A stretch of DNA of 53,868 bases, from positions 1-53,868 of the forward strand of contig JAZRDB010000012.1 of the NCBI GenBank assembly GCA_045660045.1, in the 5' to 3' direction. This stretch comes from Alphaproteobacteria bacterium. GTDB taxonomy: Bacteria; Pseudomonadota; Alphaproteobacteria; CAAHEQ01; UBA3637. The notes beneath the pieces were generated by a model. That model was not told the DNA's origin, did not search any database, and saw nothing but the letters and a program-made list of their open reading frames with translations. Made by a program: the position numbers and the translations under genes. Positions 11,201 through 20,271 of this stretch are shown in pieces. Position 1 is the stretch's first letter, and the number at the start of each line of letters is the position of its first letter.

Positions 11201-11273
11201 AAAATACGAAACAAATTATTTTTTTCTTGACTATTCATTAAAAATCGTGTAAAAATACTCTCATCTTGCGTTT

Positions 11274-11348
11274 GGCCGGTTGGCAGAATGGCTTATGCAG
11301 AGGACTGCAAATCCTTTGATGTCGGTTCGATTCCGGCACCGGCCTCCA
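11274..11348 (+). tRNA. tRNA-Cys (GCA)
   Basis: GGCCGGT...ACCGGCC-T-CCA, anticodon loop CTGCAAA. Confidence 0.93.
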
Positions 11349-11418
11349 AGATAAAAAGTATTACGGCAAAAAAGTTCTTGCATTTTATACTTTTTTGTTG
11401 TAATGTAAAGGCCACTGT

Positions 11419-11493
11419 TCCAGCGTAGCTCAGTGGTAGAGCAATCGGCTGTTAACCGATTGGTCGTAGGTTCGAGCCCTACCGCTGGGGCCA
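11419..11493 (+). tRNA. tRNA-Asn (GTT)
   Basis: TCCAGCG...CGCTGGG-G-CCA, anticodon loop CTGTTAA. Confidence 0.93.
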
Positions 11494-11497
11494 ATAA

Positions 11498-11534
11498 AAA
11501 GGGGGATTTAATCCGCAAGGGTTAAATCTCCTTT
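11498..11534 (+). terminator. intrinsic terminator after tRNA-Asn
   Basis: AAAGGGGATTTAATCC-GCAA-GGGTTAAATCTCCTTT hairpin. Confidence 0.7.
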
Positions 11535-11554
11535 ACTTAACTTAAGGAAACACC

Positions 11555-12010
11555 ATGACCAAAGATAAAACTTTCAAAAAGCAACAACGTTTATTTCAAC
11601 AAATGAGCCCAGAGGCATTGACATTTTATTGCAAACAACATCCATCTGATTCATTAGCAGTGGGCGTTCGCAATCAAAGAACAAAAGATATATTTGATTC
11701 ATTGGAGCATTGTGCCAAGGAATTACCTCCGCACAGTCGTCGCATTTTAGGCGTCTATATATACGATACATTTAAGCGTGGCAACGTATCTGCAACTCCT
11801 GTTATGTTAAACGCCATATATGAACCATTATTGACAAGCAAAAATTTTGAAAAAGAACCATTGCAAAACGCTATTAACGAATTTTTGGGTTTTGCAAAAA
11901 CGCCCATGACACCGGAACGTTTACTTGGGTTAATCCATTTTAGGGATCATATGGCTATACGCACACCAAAAGCCACTTCTTTTCAAAAGGGAGGGCAACA
12001 GAAGGCTTAA
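11555..12010 (+). CDS. hypothetical protein
   Basis: 151 aa ORF with AAGGA SD; no recognised motif. Confidence 0.65.
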   Translation: MTKDKTFKKQQRLFQQMSPEALTFYCKQHPSDSLAVGVRNQRTKDIFDSLEHCAKELPPHSRRILGVYIYDTFKRGNVSATPVMLNAIYEPLLTSKNFEKEPLQNAINEFLGFAKTPMTPERLLGLIHFRDHMAIRTPKATSFQKGGQQKA

Positions 12011-12119
12011 AAATAAACTTACAAAGCGAAAAATAAAACCTTGTTGTATCCCCATCGCGATCGAAAATTCCTCTTCAAGAACATTCAAAATAATTTTGCA
12101 CGTTATTCACATTTTTTAC

Positions 12120-12148
12120 TTGACATATAAATTGTTTTCTTGTAGAAT
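12120..12148 (+). promoter_or_regulatory. sigma70-like promoter for tRNA-Val
   Basis: TTGACA-17 nt-TAGAAT. Confidence 0.7.
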
Positions 12149-12163
12149 TACTTCATTGAACTT

Positions 12164-12238
12164 GGGTGCGTAGCTCAGCGGGAGAGCATTACCTTCACAC
12201 GGTAGGGGTCACAGGTTCAATCCCTGTCGCACCCACCA
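12164..12238 (+). tRNA. tRNA-Val (CAC)
   Basis: GGGTGCG...CGCACCC-A-CCA, anticodon loop TTCACAC. Confidence 0.93.
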
Positions 12239-12248
12239 TTTTTCGATG

Positions 12249-12276
12249 AACACCTTGATTTATAAGGTGTTTTTTT
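12249..12276 (+). terminator. intrinsic terminator after tRNA-Val
   Basis: AACACCTT-GATTTAT-AAGGTGTT followed by a T run. Confidence 0.65.
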
Positions 12277-12332
12277 GTGCCCATTGAACGATTTGGGACA
12301 GGCTCCAAGACATTAAATTTGATATCAGTTTC

Positions 12333-12914
12333 CTATATTGTGCTCTTATTTTTTTTATCAAGAGATTGAACGTTCTGGCTTATCTTCTGTTCCACAAATG
12401 GAATGGTCTCCCAAAAAGAAAGCGAATTTATCCTTTCCGCTGCTGTCACACAAATTAAGAAATGATTCCAACAATAAAATTTACAATCAGCACTGGATGT
12501 ATCTAACTTATATTCCGCCTCATACTTTGTATATTTTTCATAAAAATCAATCTGATCAGATATATCACCCAAACCACATCTCCGTGCCAATCCTTTAAAG
12601 TCGCGCTTTTTTCGTGTATCTTCTACATCTATCCCTACCCCCACAGATGATGTCACGAGCACTACCATATCTTCGCTGTGTGATACACTTAAAAAAGCCC
12701 CATCATATAATAGCTTTCCAGAATCAGAAACAATTAAATTGCGTCCTAAATGCTCGTAAATCATCATTCTGGCCACCAAGAACTGTAATTTTCGGCATTC
12801 GTGCGTCATTCTATTAAAACGATCCACATCCTCTTTGGTCAAACGATTTATATACGAGTTAATCAAGGGGGTGTTGCTGATTATTTTTGTTAAATCTGCT
12901 ATATAGATATCCAT
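12333..12914 (-). CDS. 4'-phosphopantetheinyl transferase-like (Sfp type, divergent)
   Basis: SVSHS...VGIDVE; the second motif FYEKYTKYEAEYK is a degenerate form of FxxxWTxKEAxxK. Confidence 0.7.
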   Translation of the reverse strand: MDIYIADLTKIISNTPLINSYINRLTKEDVDRFNRMTHECRKLQFLVARMMIYEHLGRNLIVSDSGKLLYDGAFLSVSHSEDMVVLVTSSVGVGIDVEDTRKKRDFKGLARRCGLGDISDQIDFYEKYTKYEAEYKLDTSSADCKFYCWNHFLICVTAAERINSLSFWETIPFVEQKISQNVQSLDKKNKSTI

Positions 12915-13188
12915 ACCTGTATTTTAATATAAAAAAAATCAAAGAACAAGTAAAATTTGGCCGGAAGCAAAAGTATTTCCTCCTATTCTCTAACTTTTCA
13001 AACGACATCTTGACGACGTCCCAAGCCATTAAATCGGCAATTTCCAATACCTTACCGCATAACAACACTTAAATTCAGAATGAAAAAATAGATTGATTTA
13101 TAATACATTTGTTATTTATCATAAATATATAATAATTTACTTGACTTTTAATCTTTTCTGGTATATCCTTCGCCCAAAGGAGTACTTT

Positions 13189-14148
13189 ATGACAAAACAA
13201 TATCCTGTTGACTTGGTCTATTTATGGTGTGATGGATCGGATCCAAATTTTCAAGAACGAAGGAATGCGGCACTTGAACGAGCAAATAAGAAACAAGATC
13301 GTCAAGCGATAGCAGAAGGTCGCGTTGTCCAGATAGATGAGTTAAAATACTCTCTTCGTTCTGTGGAAAAATACATGCCGTGGATCCGTCATGTTTTTAT
13401 TGTCACTGATCGACAAGTCCCCGCATGGTTAAACACAGAAAATCCAAAAGTGACCGTTGTTGATCAGAGTGAAATTTTACCTTCATCAGCCCTTCCAAGC
13501 TTTAATTCCAATGCAATTGAAACGGCTCTTTATAAAATCCCAAATCTTGCAGAACATTTTTTATATGCCAATGATGATATGTTTGTTAATAGAAAAATAG
13601 AACCTTCCTTTTTCTTTACTGCTTCAGGTAAAATTATCATACGAGCAAAACATCGTCCTTTCCACCCCAATTCTCTTTATGATCGACAATTAGAGCAAGC
13701 ACAAGAAAAAATTTTAATCAGCTTTCATAAACATTATAGATTTGATCCTCATCATAATATTGATCCATACTTAAAAAGTGATTTTCAAGCTTGTGCTGAA
13801 TATTTTCATGAGGAGTTTGAAACAACGGTCCATCATACTTTTCGTCAACAAGACAGCATACAACGCTTGATCGTTCACCTGTTTTCCTTAGTTAAGAAAC
13901 ATGCAATCATTCGGAAAGCAAATGCGTCACGAATTCAACGCACTTTCCGATCATTGCATCGTCCCAAAATTTCTTCTGTTTACATTCCAAACAACCGTTT
14001 ATTCATCGCATTACAGCGGCGTCTTTTCAGATATAAACCCGCTTTATTTTGCATCAATGATGGTGAAAACGGCACTTTCGAAGATCGCATTTGCACCAAA
14101 AAATTCTTAGAAAGCTATTTTCCAGAAAAGTCCTCTTTTGAAAAATAA
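13189..14148 (+). CDS. Stealth-family hexose-1-phosphate transferase, copy 1
   Basis: CR1 VDLVYLWCDGSDP, CR2 ELKYSLRSVEKYMPW...FNSNAIE...NDDMF, CR4 FCIND...FPEKSSFEK; ATG 13189 follows AAGGAG. Confidence 0.92.
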   Translation: MTKQYPVDLVYLWCDGSDPNFQERRNAALERANKKQDRQAIAEGRVVQIDELKYSLRSVEKYMPWIRHVFIVTDRQVPAWLNTENPKVTVVDQSEILPSSALPSFNSNAIETALYKIPNLAEHFLYANDDMFVNRKIEPSFFFTASGKIIIRAKHRPFHPNSLYDRQLEQAQEKILISFHKHYRFDPHHNIDPYLKSDFQACAEYFHEEFETTVHHTFRQQDSIQRLIVHLFSLVKKHAIIRKANASRIQRTFRSLHRPKISSVYIPNNRLFIALQRRLFRYKPALFCINDGENGTFEDRICTKKFLESYFPEKSSFEK

Positions 14149-14281
14149 AACTTGCGTTTTAAATTTCGTTTGTGAACTTAATATCTACAATGCCATTTGA
14201 GTTTTTTTATTTTCATAAGCGCATAAAAGTCTGTTGACTTTTAATCATACCTAGTATACTCTTTATCCAAAGGAGAATTTT

Positions 14282-15241
14282 ATGACAAAACAATATGCAA
14301 TTGACTTAGTTTATTTATGGTGTGATGGATCGGATCCAAATTTTCAAAAACGAAGGAATGCGGCGCTTGAACGAACAAATAAGAAACAAGATCGTCAAGC
14401 GATAGCAGAAGGTCGCTTTGTCCAGATAGATGAGTTAAAATATTCTCTCCGTTCTGTGGAAAAATACATGCCGTGGATTCATCATGTTTTTATTGTCACA
14501 GATCGGCAAGTCCCCGCATGGTTAAACACAGAAAATCCAAAAGTGACCGTTGTTGATCACCGTGAGATTTTACCTTCATCAGCCCTTCCAAGCTTTAATT
14601 CCAGCGCAATTGAAACATCTCTTTATAAAATTCCAAATCTTGCAGAACATTTTTTGTTTGCTAATGATGATATGTTTGTTAACAGAAAGATCAAACCCTC
14701 CTTTTTCTTTACCACTTTAGGTAAAATTATCATACGAGTAAGATACCGTTCTTTAGGCCCCAATTCTCTTTATGATCAAATGCTACAAAATGCACAAGAG
14801 AAAATTCTGGCTACCTTCCGTAAACATTATACATTTGAACCTCACCATAATATTGATCCATACTTAAAAAGCGATTTTCAAGCTTGTGCTGAATATTTTC
14901 ATGAGGAGTTTGAAACAACGGTTCATCATACTTTTCGCAAACCAGATAGCATACAACGCTTGATCGTTCACCTGTTTTCCTTAGTTAAGAAACATGCAAT
15001 CATTCGGAAAGCAGATGCGTCACGAATTCAACGCACTTTACGATCATTGCATCGTTCCAAAATTTCTTCTGTTTACATTCCAAACAACCGTTTATTCATC
15101 GCATTACAGCGGCGTCTTTTCAGATATAAACCCGCTTTATTTTGCATCAATGATGGTGAAAACGGTACTTTCGAAGATCGCATTTGCACCAAAAAATTCT
15201 TAGAAAGCTATTTTCCAGAAAAGTCCTCTTTTGAAAAATAA
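14282..15241 (+). CDS. Stealth-family hexose-1-phosphate transferase, copy 2
   Basis: Same motifs and same length (319 aa) as copy 1. Confidence 0.92.
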   Translation: MTKQYAIDLVYLWCDGSDPNFQKRRNAALERTNKKQDRQAIAEGRFVQIDELKYSLRSVEKYMPWIHHVFIVTDRQVPAWLNTENPKVTVVDHREILPSSALPSFNSSAIETSLYKIPNLAEHFLFANDDMFVNRKIKPSFFFTTLGKIIIRVRYRSLGPNSLYDQMLQNAQEKILATFRKHYTFEPHHNIDPYLKSDFQACAEYFHEEFETTVHHTFRKPDSIQRLIVHLFSLVKKHAIIRKADASRIQRTLRSLHRSKISSVYIPNNRLFIALQRRLFRYKPALFCINDGENGTFEDRICTKKFLESYFPEKSSFEK

Positions 15242-15293
15242 AAATTGCATTTTACTCTTCACAAATGGACAAAAAATGCTCTAACTTTCCAAG

Positions 15294-15518
15294 CTATGTT
15301 CTGGTAACGCCATGAGCCATCAAATCAGCAATTTTTATCTGCCTTGCCGCATAACGACGCTTAAATTCAGGATCTTTGCTAAACTTGGCATATTTACCCC
15401 AGCGACAAAATTCACGAGCCAAATGCATTTGACGTGTTTCTTCATCAATATTTTTTTGTTCTACCTTGGCTAATTCTGCATCCATTCCAACCAAATTATC
15501 CTGAATATATTGTGTCAT
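15294..15518 (-). CDS. hypothetical protein (74 aa)
   Basis: MTQYIQDN... after AAAGGA SD; upstream promoter TTGATT-17-TATAAT. Confidence 0.6.
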   Translation of the reverse strand: MTQYIQDNLVGMDAELAKVEQKNIDEETRQMHLAREFCRWGKYAKFSKDPEFKRRYAARQIKIADLMAHGVTRT

Positions 15519-15646
15519 CTTTGATCCTTTCATTTTGAATGCGATTATATGCACCCCAAAATATAAAATCAAGCACCATTTTTAAATAAATTTCTTGCTT
15601 TAATTTTTTTTTTAGAGTAGAATTTCAAAAAAACAAGGAGTCACAA

Positions 15647-17503
15647 ATGATTAGCTTTTTCAATAAAATTGGAAATACATGGGTTGCAAAAGCAATTTTC
15701 GTTGCTTTGGGTATTAGTATGATGGCCTTTTGGGGTTTGGGTGGTATTGGAAACACTTCCAGATCTGACGCCACAGCCATCCAAGTGGGACGTCGCAAAA
15801 TTTCCATGACAGAGCTCAATAAAGTTTTTGATGCTGAGCGCGCTAAAATCAGCCAGGTTGCTGGACAATATATTTCTCCAAAACAAGCCTTGCAGATGGG
15901 CCTTTTGGAACAAGCCGTCCAAAAAACTTTAACGGACGCCATTAATAAATCAATTCAAGAAGATTTAGGGTTAACAGCTTCTGATGCCGCCGTACGCAAA
16001 TATGTTGAACGTCACCCTGTTTTCAAAGACACCGTTGGTAATTTTGATCGAAACTTGTTCATGGCTTATCTCAGCCAAACACGGATGAGCGAGGCCCAAT
16101 TAGCCGAGCAATTACGTAATGAGTTAGCAAATCAACATTTAAGCAACACGATTCGTTTTGCTGCCCCTACTTCCAAGTCTTTATCCGAAATGAAGTGGTA
16201 TCACCGTAATCAACAACGTGATGTAGAAGCTTTGATGATTGAAACTGATAAGATTGTCGTTCCAACACAACCAACCGAAGAAGATTTGAAAGATTATTAT
16301 GAAGCATACATGTCTGATTTTATGTTGCCAGAAACGCGCGACATTGAAATTTTGCTTTTAACGCCGGCACAAATCAGCAAAAATATTCAGATTCCGCAAG
16401 CCGACTTGGACGAAGCTTATGAGGCTCAAAAAGCAAACTTTGAAATTCCAGAACGCCGGCATGTGTATCAAATTCGCTTTAATGACAAACAAAGTGCAGA
16501 GGCAGCAAAAAAAAGCCTGACCGTTGCAAACTTTATGGCAAAAGCTGCCGAATATGGACAAACTGAGGCTGCCACAGATTTTGGCCCCGTTGCTCGCGGT
16601 GATATGTTGCCACAAATGGCCGATGCTGTATTCAAAGCTCAAGCAAACACCATTTTAGGCCCCGTTGAAACAGATATGGGATGGCATCTTTTAACCGTCA
16701 AAGAAATTCAACCTGCCGTTAAACAAAACAAGGCGAAAGTTTATGCCGAAATCAAAGAAAAAATGGTAGCTTCTGTTGCATATGAACAATTGACAGAAAC
16801 CACACGCAAGTTGGAAGATTTATTGGGTGAAGGCCTTGCTTTGAAGGATGCAGCTAATCGCCTTGGTTTAACAACGCAATCCTTTAAAGATGTAGAAATG
16901 GCTGCCACAACATTACCTAAAAATCTACAAAATCAGGAGTTAATGCAAGATGTCTTTACCTTAAAAGAAGGCGAGACAACCGCTTTGATGGAACAAGAAA
17001 ATGGCTATCTGGTGGCACAAGTTCAAAAAATCACTCCTGTACAGGCCAAAAGTTTTACCAGTGTCAAAGACGACTTGAAAAAACTGTGGACAAGCGAACA
17101 ACAAAAAGCCATGCTATCTGATGTGATCACAAAGGCAACAGAACAAATGCAAAATGGATCTATCCCTGCTAAATTAGGACACATTATGATTGTCAAACAA
17201 GCTTCGTTGGACAACCCCAAAGAATTACCTGCACAAAGTTTAATCAATGTCTTTACACAAGGACTTGGGTATGAAAATGCTGTTGCAACAACATTGCCAA
17301 CTGGGGCTATTATTACTGTCGTAAAAAACATTCGCACACCGTTGATGAAAAGCGATGCCTTGCCTGATCAAATGGAACAACTATCTGCTGAAAATGCTGA
17401 ATTGATGTATCAAGGCGTCGTGGCAAGTTATGCTGATAAGATGGATATTAAAGTCAACACCAATGCAATTCAAAAAGCATTTGCGGTCTATCAAACAGAA
17501 TAA
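15647..17503 (+). CDS. ppiD: PpiD-like periplasmic chaperone / parvulin PPIase
   Basis: N-terminal TM anchor, SurA_N-like region, PERRHVYQI, GPVETDMGWHL. Confidence 0.88.
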   Translation: MISFFNKIGNTWVAKAIFVALGISMMAFWGLGGIGNTSRSDATAIQVGRRKISMTELNKVFDAERAKISQVAGQYISPKQALQMGLLEQAVQKTLTDAINKSIQEDLGLTASDAAVRKYVERHPVFKDTVGNFDRNLFMAYLSQTRMSEAQLAEQLRNELANQHLSNTIRFAAPTSKSLSEMKWYHRNQQRDVEALMIETDKIVVPTQPTEEDLKDYYEAYMSDFMLPETRDIEILLLTPAQISKNIQIPQADLDEAYEAQKANFEIPERRHVYQIRFNDKQSAEAAKKSLTVANFMAKAAEYGQTEAATDFGPVARGDMLPQMADAVFKAQANTILGPVETDMGWHLLTVKEIQPAVKQNKAKVYAEIKEKMVASVAYEQLTETTRKLEDLLGEGLALKDAANRLGLTTQSFKDVEMAATTLPKNLQNQELMQDVFTLKEGETTALMEQENGYLVAQVQKITPVQAKSFTSVKDDLKKLWTSEQQKAMLSDVITKATEQMQNGSIPAKLGHIMIVKQASLDNPKELPAQSLINVFTQGLGYENAVATTLPTGAIITVVKNIRTPLMKSDALPDQMEQLSAENAELMYQGVVASYADKMDIKVNTNAIQKAFAVYQTE

Positions 17504-17515
17504 GGGGGAAAGTGC

Positions 17516-18445
17516 ATGTCAAAGGATCAAACGCAAGAAAACACGGAAAAAACAGAAACAGCAGTTTCTGCCAAAAAGAGTCCTACATCAAAGTCAAAAA
17601 AACATGGATTTTTTGTTGGTTTAATTTTCATGCTTCTCTTAGCCGTTGGCAGTGGAACAGCTGTTTACTATACAACCCCAGTCGTTCTATCTTCTTTGGC
17701 CCCAAAGAAAACACTGACTGTCAAAACAATTTCCTCAGCAAAAACTCAGGAATTAGAGGTTCAAGAACCCACCAAAATTATTCCAGAGGAAACAGTTGCC
17801 CTTGAAGAAGAGATTGTCTTGCCGCAGGAAGAAGTGACAGAAGAAGAGGATGAAGAAAACCTCATCGAAGTGAGATCTCCCGCCATCGACACCCAAGTTG
17901 TTCAGCAGATACAAATTGAAACACCACGCAAAAAATCTTCCTATTCTATTTTGAAAGCAATGGAATTGAGAGATGCCTTTAAGAATGGTGGTGAATGTCG
18001 CCCGTTGTTGGAAGAATTGGTCGCCATGCCAGGCAAGACCCCTGACATGGATCAGGCATTAATGGAATTATTACAATCTTGTTTGGATCGTCCTATCGCT
18101 GGGCAAATGCAAGAAGCCTTTCATGCTGCCAAAAAACGGGCAATCTTGCGTATATTTCAAACAAAATATCCAACCTACATTGCTTACTTAAAAGCGTTAC
18201 CGTATTTCTTGGCCAATGTCCGCAAGAAAAATCCAACTGGAGATAATCCTTTGGATATTTTGGATTGCATTCAAAATGCTGTCGAGGCTGATCATCCCCA
18301 ATTGGTTTTAAAATTAATTCCAGAATTACCGGAAAACGTACAGGCCACATTAAATGATGTGACACAGCTTGCCGAAGCGGAATCTAATCTGCACCGCACA
18401 TTGAATCGTTTAATGAAGGCTTTATTTGACGAGGGGGAAAGATAA
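17516..18445 (+). CDS. mitofilin/Mic60-like inner membrane protein
   Basis: N-terminal TM, acidic linker, C-terminal VRKKNPTGDNPLDILDCIQNAVEADHPQLVLKLIPELPENVQ; directly upstream of the hemY-like gene. Confidence 0.55.
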   Translation: MSKDQTQENTEKTETAVSAKKSPTSKSKKHGFFVGLIFMLLLAVGSGTAVYYTTPVVLSSLAPKKTLTVKTISSAKTQELEVQEPTKIIPEETVALEEEIVLPQEEVTEEEDEENLIEVRSPAIDTQVVQQIQIETPRKKSSYSILKAMELRDAFKNGGECRPLLEELVAMPGKTPDMDQALMELLQSCLDRPIAGQMQEAFHAAKKRAILRIFQTKYPTYIAYLKALPYFLANVRKKNPTGDNPLDILDCIQNAVEADHPQLVLKLIPELPENVQATLNDVTQLAEAESNLHRTLNRLMKALFDEGER

Positions 18446-19627
18446 ATGACAAAATTTTTAATCAAACTTATTGCCTTAGCTGTTGTGGTTTACCTGATTG
18501 CACGTGATACATGGCGCGTGACACTCAACACATCAACCTATGAAATCTCCGTTTCATTTGTGTTGTTTTTGGCAGTTTTAGTCTTGTTGTGGTGGATCCT
18601 AGTCCAAATTAAAAAACCTTTCAGTTGGTGGAGCCAATTTCGCACATGGCGTCAAAACAAAAAGCGTACCCAAAAGGATAAGTTTTTACCAGAATTATTG
18701 ACTGCTATCCTAAGTCATCGAAATGATGAAACAAACACCCTTATGGATCAAGCAGCAAAATTGTATGGAAAAGGATCTAAGGAGGCTTTATTGATCTCCG
18801 CCCTATTGGAACCTCAAACAGATATTTTTAAAAAGTTAAATCAAGTGGATCAAACAAAATTAGCCGGACTTTATGGCCTTATTAAAGAGGCTGAAGCCAA
18901 AGGTGATTTTGAAGAAATGACATCCTTATTGCAACAGGTTCCAAAGGCTCAAGAAAAAACACTGTGGGTTCAACAAGCAAAGATGATGTTGGCCTTGAAT
19001 CATAGCGATTGGAAACAAGCATTAGACTTGTTGGAACAAAACAAAAAACAACTTTCACGCGCCGATTATAAATCCCATAAAGCATGTTTGTTGTTGAAAT
19101 TAGGACGTGCAAAAGAAGCATATGCTTTAATGCCAGATCATCCAGCAATTGTCTTGGCCTATGCAAAAACATTACCATTCCAAAAAGCACAAAAGGCATT
19201 GGAAAAGGCGTGGCATATCGCACCTAATTGGCAGATTTATTTGGCGTACAAACAAAGCATCAAACAATTACCAGAAAACAAGCGTTTAAAGGCGGTTTTA
19301 AACCTAACTCGTGCCACACGCGATCAACGTTATTCCTTGTTGGCACGTGCAGACATGGATACGGATTTACACAACTGGGCCAGAGCTAAGGAGAATTTGG
19401 AAATTTATTTACAGAGCTATCCTTTAACCAGACAAGTGGCAACAATGATGGCCAATCTAGAACGTACCGCATGGCATCATGAAGATATCGCAAACGATTG
19501 GGATCGCAAAGCTATTGAATCTGAGGACGATTCTTTGTGGATGTGTCGTGAGTGCGGCCATACAGCAGGAGAATGGCAAATCCTTTGCCCTCACTGCAAC
19601 GCCTTTGATACATTATACAACAAATGA
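18446..19627 (+). CDS. HemY-like TPR membrane protein with C-terminal Zn finger
   Basis: Two N-terminal TMs, helical repeats, WMCRECGH...WQILCPHCNAFDTL. Confidence 0.75.
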   Translation: MTKFLIKLIALAVVVYLIARDTWRVTLNTSTYEISVSFVLFLAVLVLLWWILVQIKKPFSWWSQFRTWRQNKKRTQKDKFLPELLTAILSHRNDETNTLMDQAAKLYGKGSKEALLISALLEPQTDIFKKLNQVDQTKLAGLYGLIKEAEAKGDFEEMTSLLQQVPKAQEKTLWVQQAKMMLALNHSDWKQALDLLEQNKKQLSRADYKSHKACLLLKLGRAKEAYALMPDHPAIVLAYAKTLPFQKAQKALEKAWHIAPNWQIYLAYKQSIKQLPENKRLKAVLNLTRATRDQRYSLLARADMDTDLHNWARAKENLEIYLQSYPLTRQVATMMANLERTAWHHEDIANDWDRKAIESEDDSLWMCRECGHTAGEWQILCPHCNAFDTLYNK

Positions 19628-19749
19628 TTAGCGGCCAACTTCTTGATTCTGACACTTTTTCTGTGTTCTCGGTCTAACAATTTGTGTGCTGTTAATTCAC
19701 CATCCTTTTTTGTAACAGCGTGTCCTTGAAATTGTATTAATTTTTCCAT
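19591..19749 (-). CDS. small hypothetical protein (52 aa), not in the ORF track
   Basis: GAGGAGG SD before ATG; MEKLIQFQGHAVTKKDGELTAHKLLDREHRKSVRIKKLAANHLLYNVSKALQ; overlaps the hemY-like 3' end. Confidence 0.4.
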   Translation of the reverse strand: MEKLIQFQGHAVTKKDGELTAHKLLDREHRKSVRIKKLAANHLLYNVSKALQ

Positions 19750-19872
19750 ATTTCCTCCTCGGCAAAAGAATGCGAAAATTTTAACATATTTTCTATTTTT
19801 TTGTCAATAATTTTGTTTTTTATAAAAAAACAACTTGCCTTTTAAACGTTTTTCGGGTAAAGTATAAGATAT

Positions 19873-19955
19873 GCGGGCGTGGTGGAATGGTAGACACGTT
19901 GGTCTTAGAAGCCAATGCCAAAAGCGTGAAGGTTCAAGTCCTTTCGCCCGCACCA
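19873..19955 (+). tRNA. tRNA-Leu (TAG)
   Basis: GCGGGCG...CGCCCGC-A-CCA, anticodon loop CTTAGAA, long variable arm. Confidence 0.93.
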
Positions 19956-19987
19956 AAAAAAAGGAAGGCAAATGCCTTCCTTTTTTC
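19956..19987. terminator. bidirectional intrinsic terminator
   Basis: A-run GGAAGGC-AAAT-GCCTTCC T-run between convergent genes. Confidence 0.8.
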
Positions 19988-20005
19988 TGAAATGTATGCT
20001 TTTAC

Positions 20006-20227
20006 TTAAAACTTTTCGATGTCTTCTTGCAGAATGGACATGTTCCAATCATATGAAATTTCACCATCATCTGAGTTCTTATAAACAACGCCGATAAACT
20101 CTTTACCCACATAAACTTCCGCGGGCGCATCTTTGCCTGCTCCCACACGCAAATTGATTTCTGGGTTCCAGAATAATTGTTGCAAATAGATTTGAATTTT
20201 TTCCATTTCTTCCGCGGTCAGTTGCAT
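20006..20227 (-). CDS. DUF3126 family protein
   Basis: AEVYVGKEFIGVVY...DGEISYDWNMSIL. Confidence 0.8.
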   Translation of the reverse strand: MQLTAEEMEKIQIYLQQLFWNPEINLRVGAGKDAPAEVYVGKEFIGVVYKNSDDGEISYDWNMSILQEDIEKF

Positions 20228-20271
20228 TTTTGCTCCTTTCTTTTTGTTTTATTTTGTGTTATTATACACTC

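Larger units (their letters stand above)
13141..15243 (+). repeat. tandem duplication of the Stealth gene with its promoter region
   Basis: Two 960-nt CDS of high identity, each preceded by TTGACTTTTAATC...GTATA...CCAAAGGAG. Confidence 0.9.

Noticed and set aside
11261..11518. 85 aa minus-strand ORF
   Set aside because: It is the antisense shadow of tRNA-Cys and tRNA-Asn.
12859..13072. Short ORFs between the PPTase and Stealth genes
   Set aside because: They have no SD or recognisable motif and overlap the PPTase promoter.
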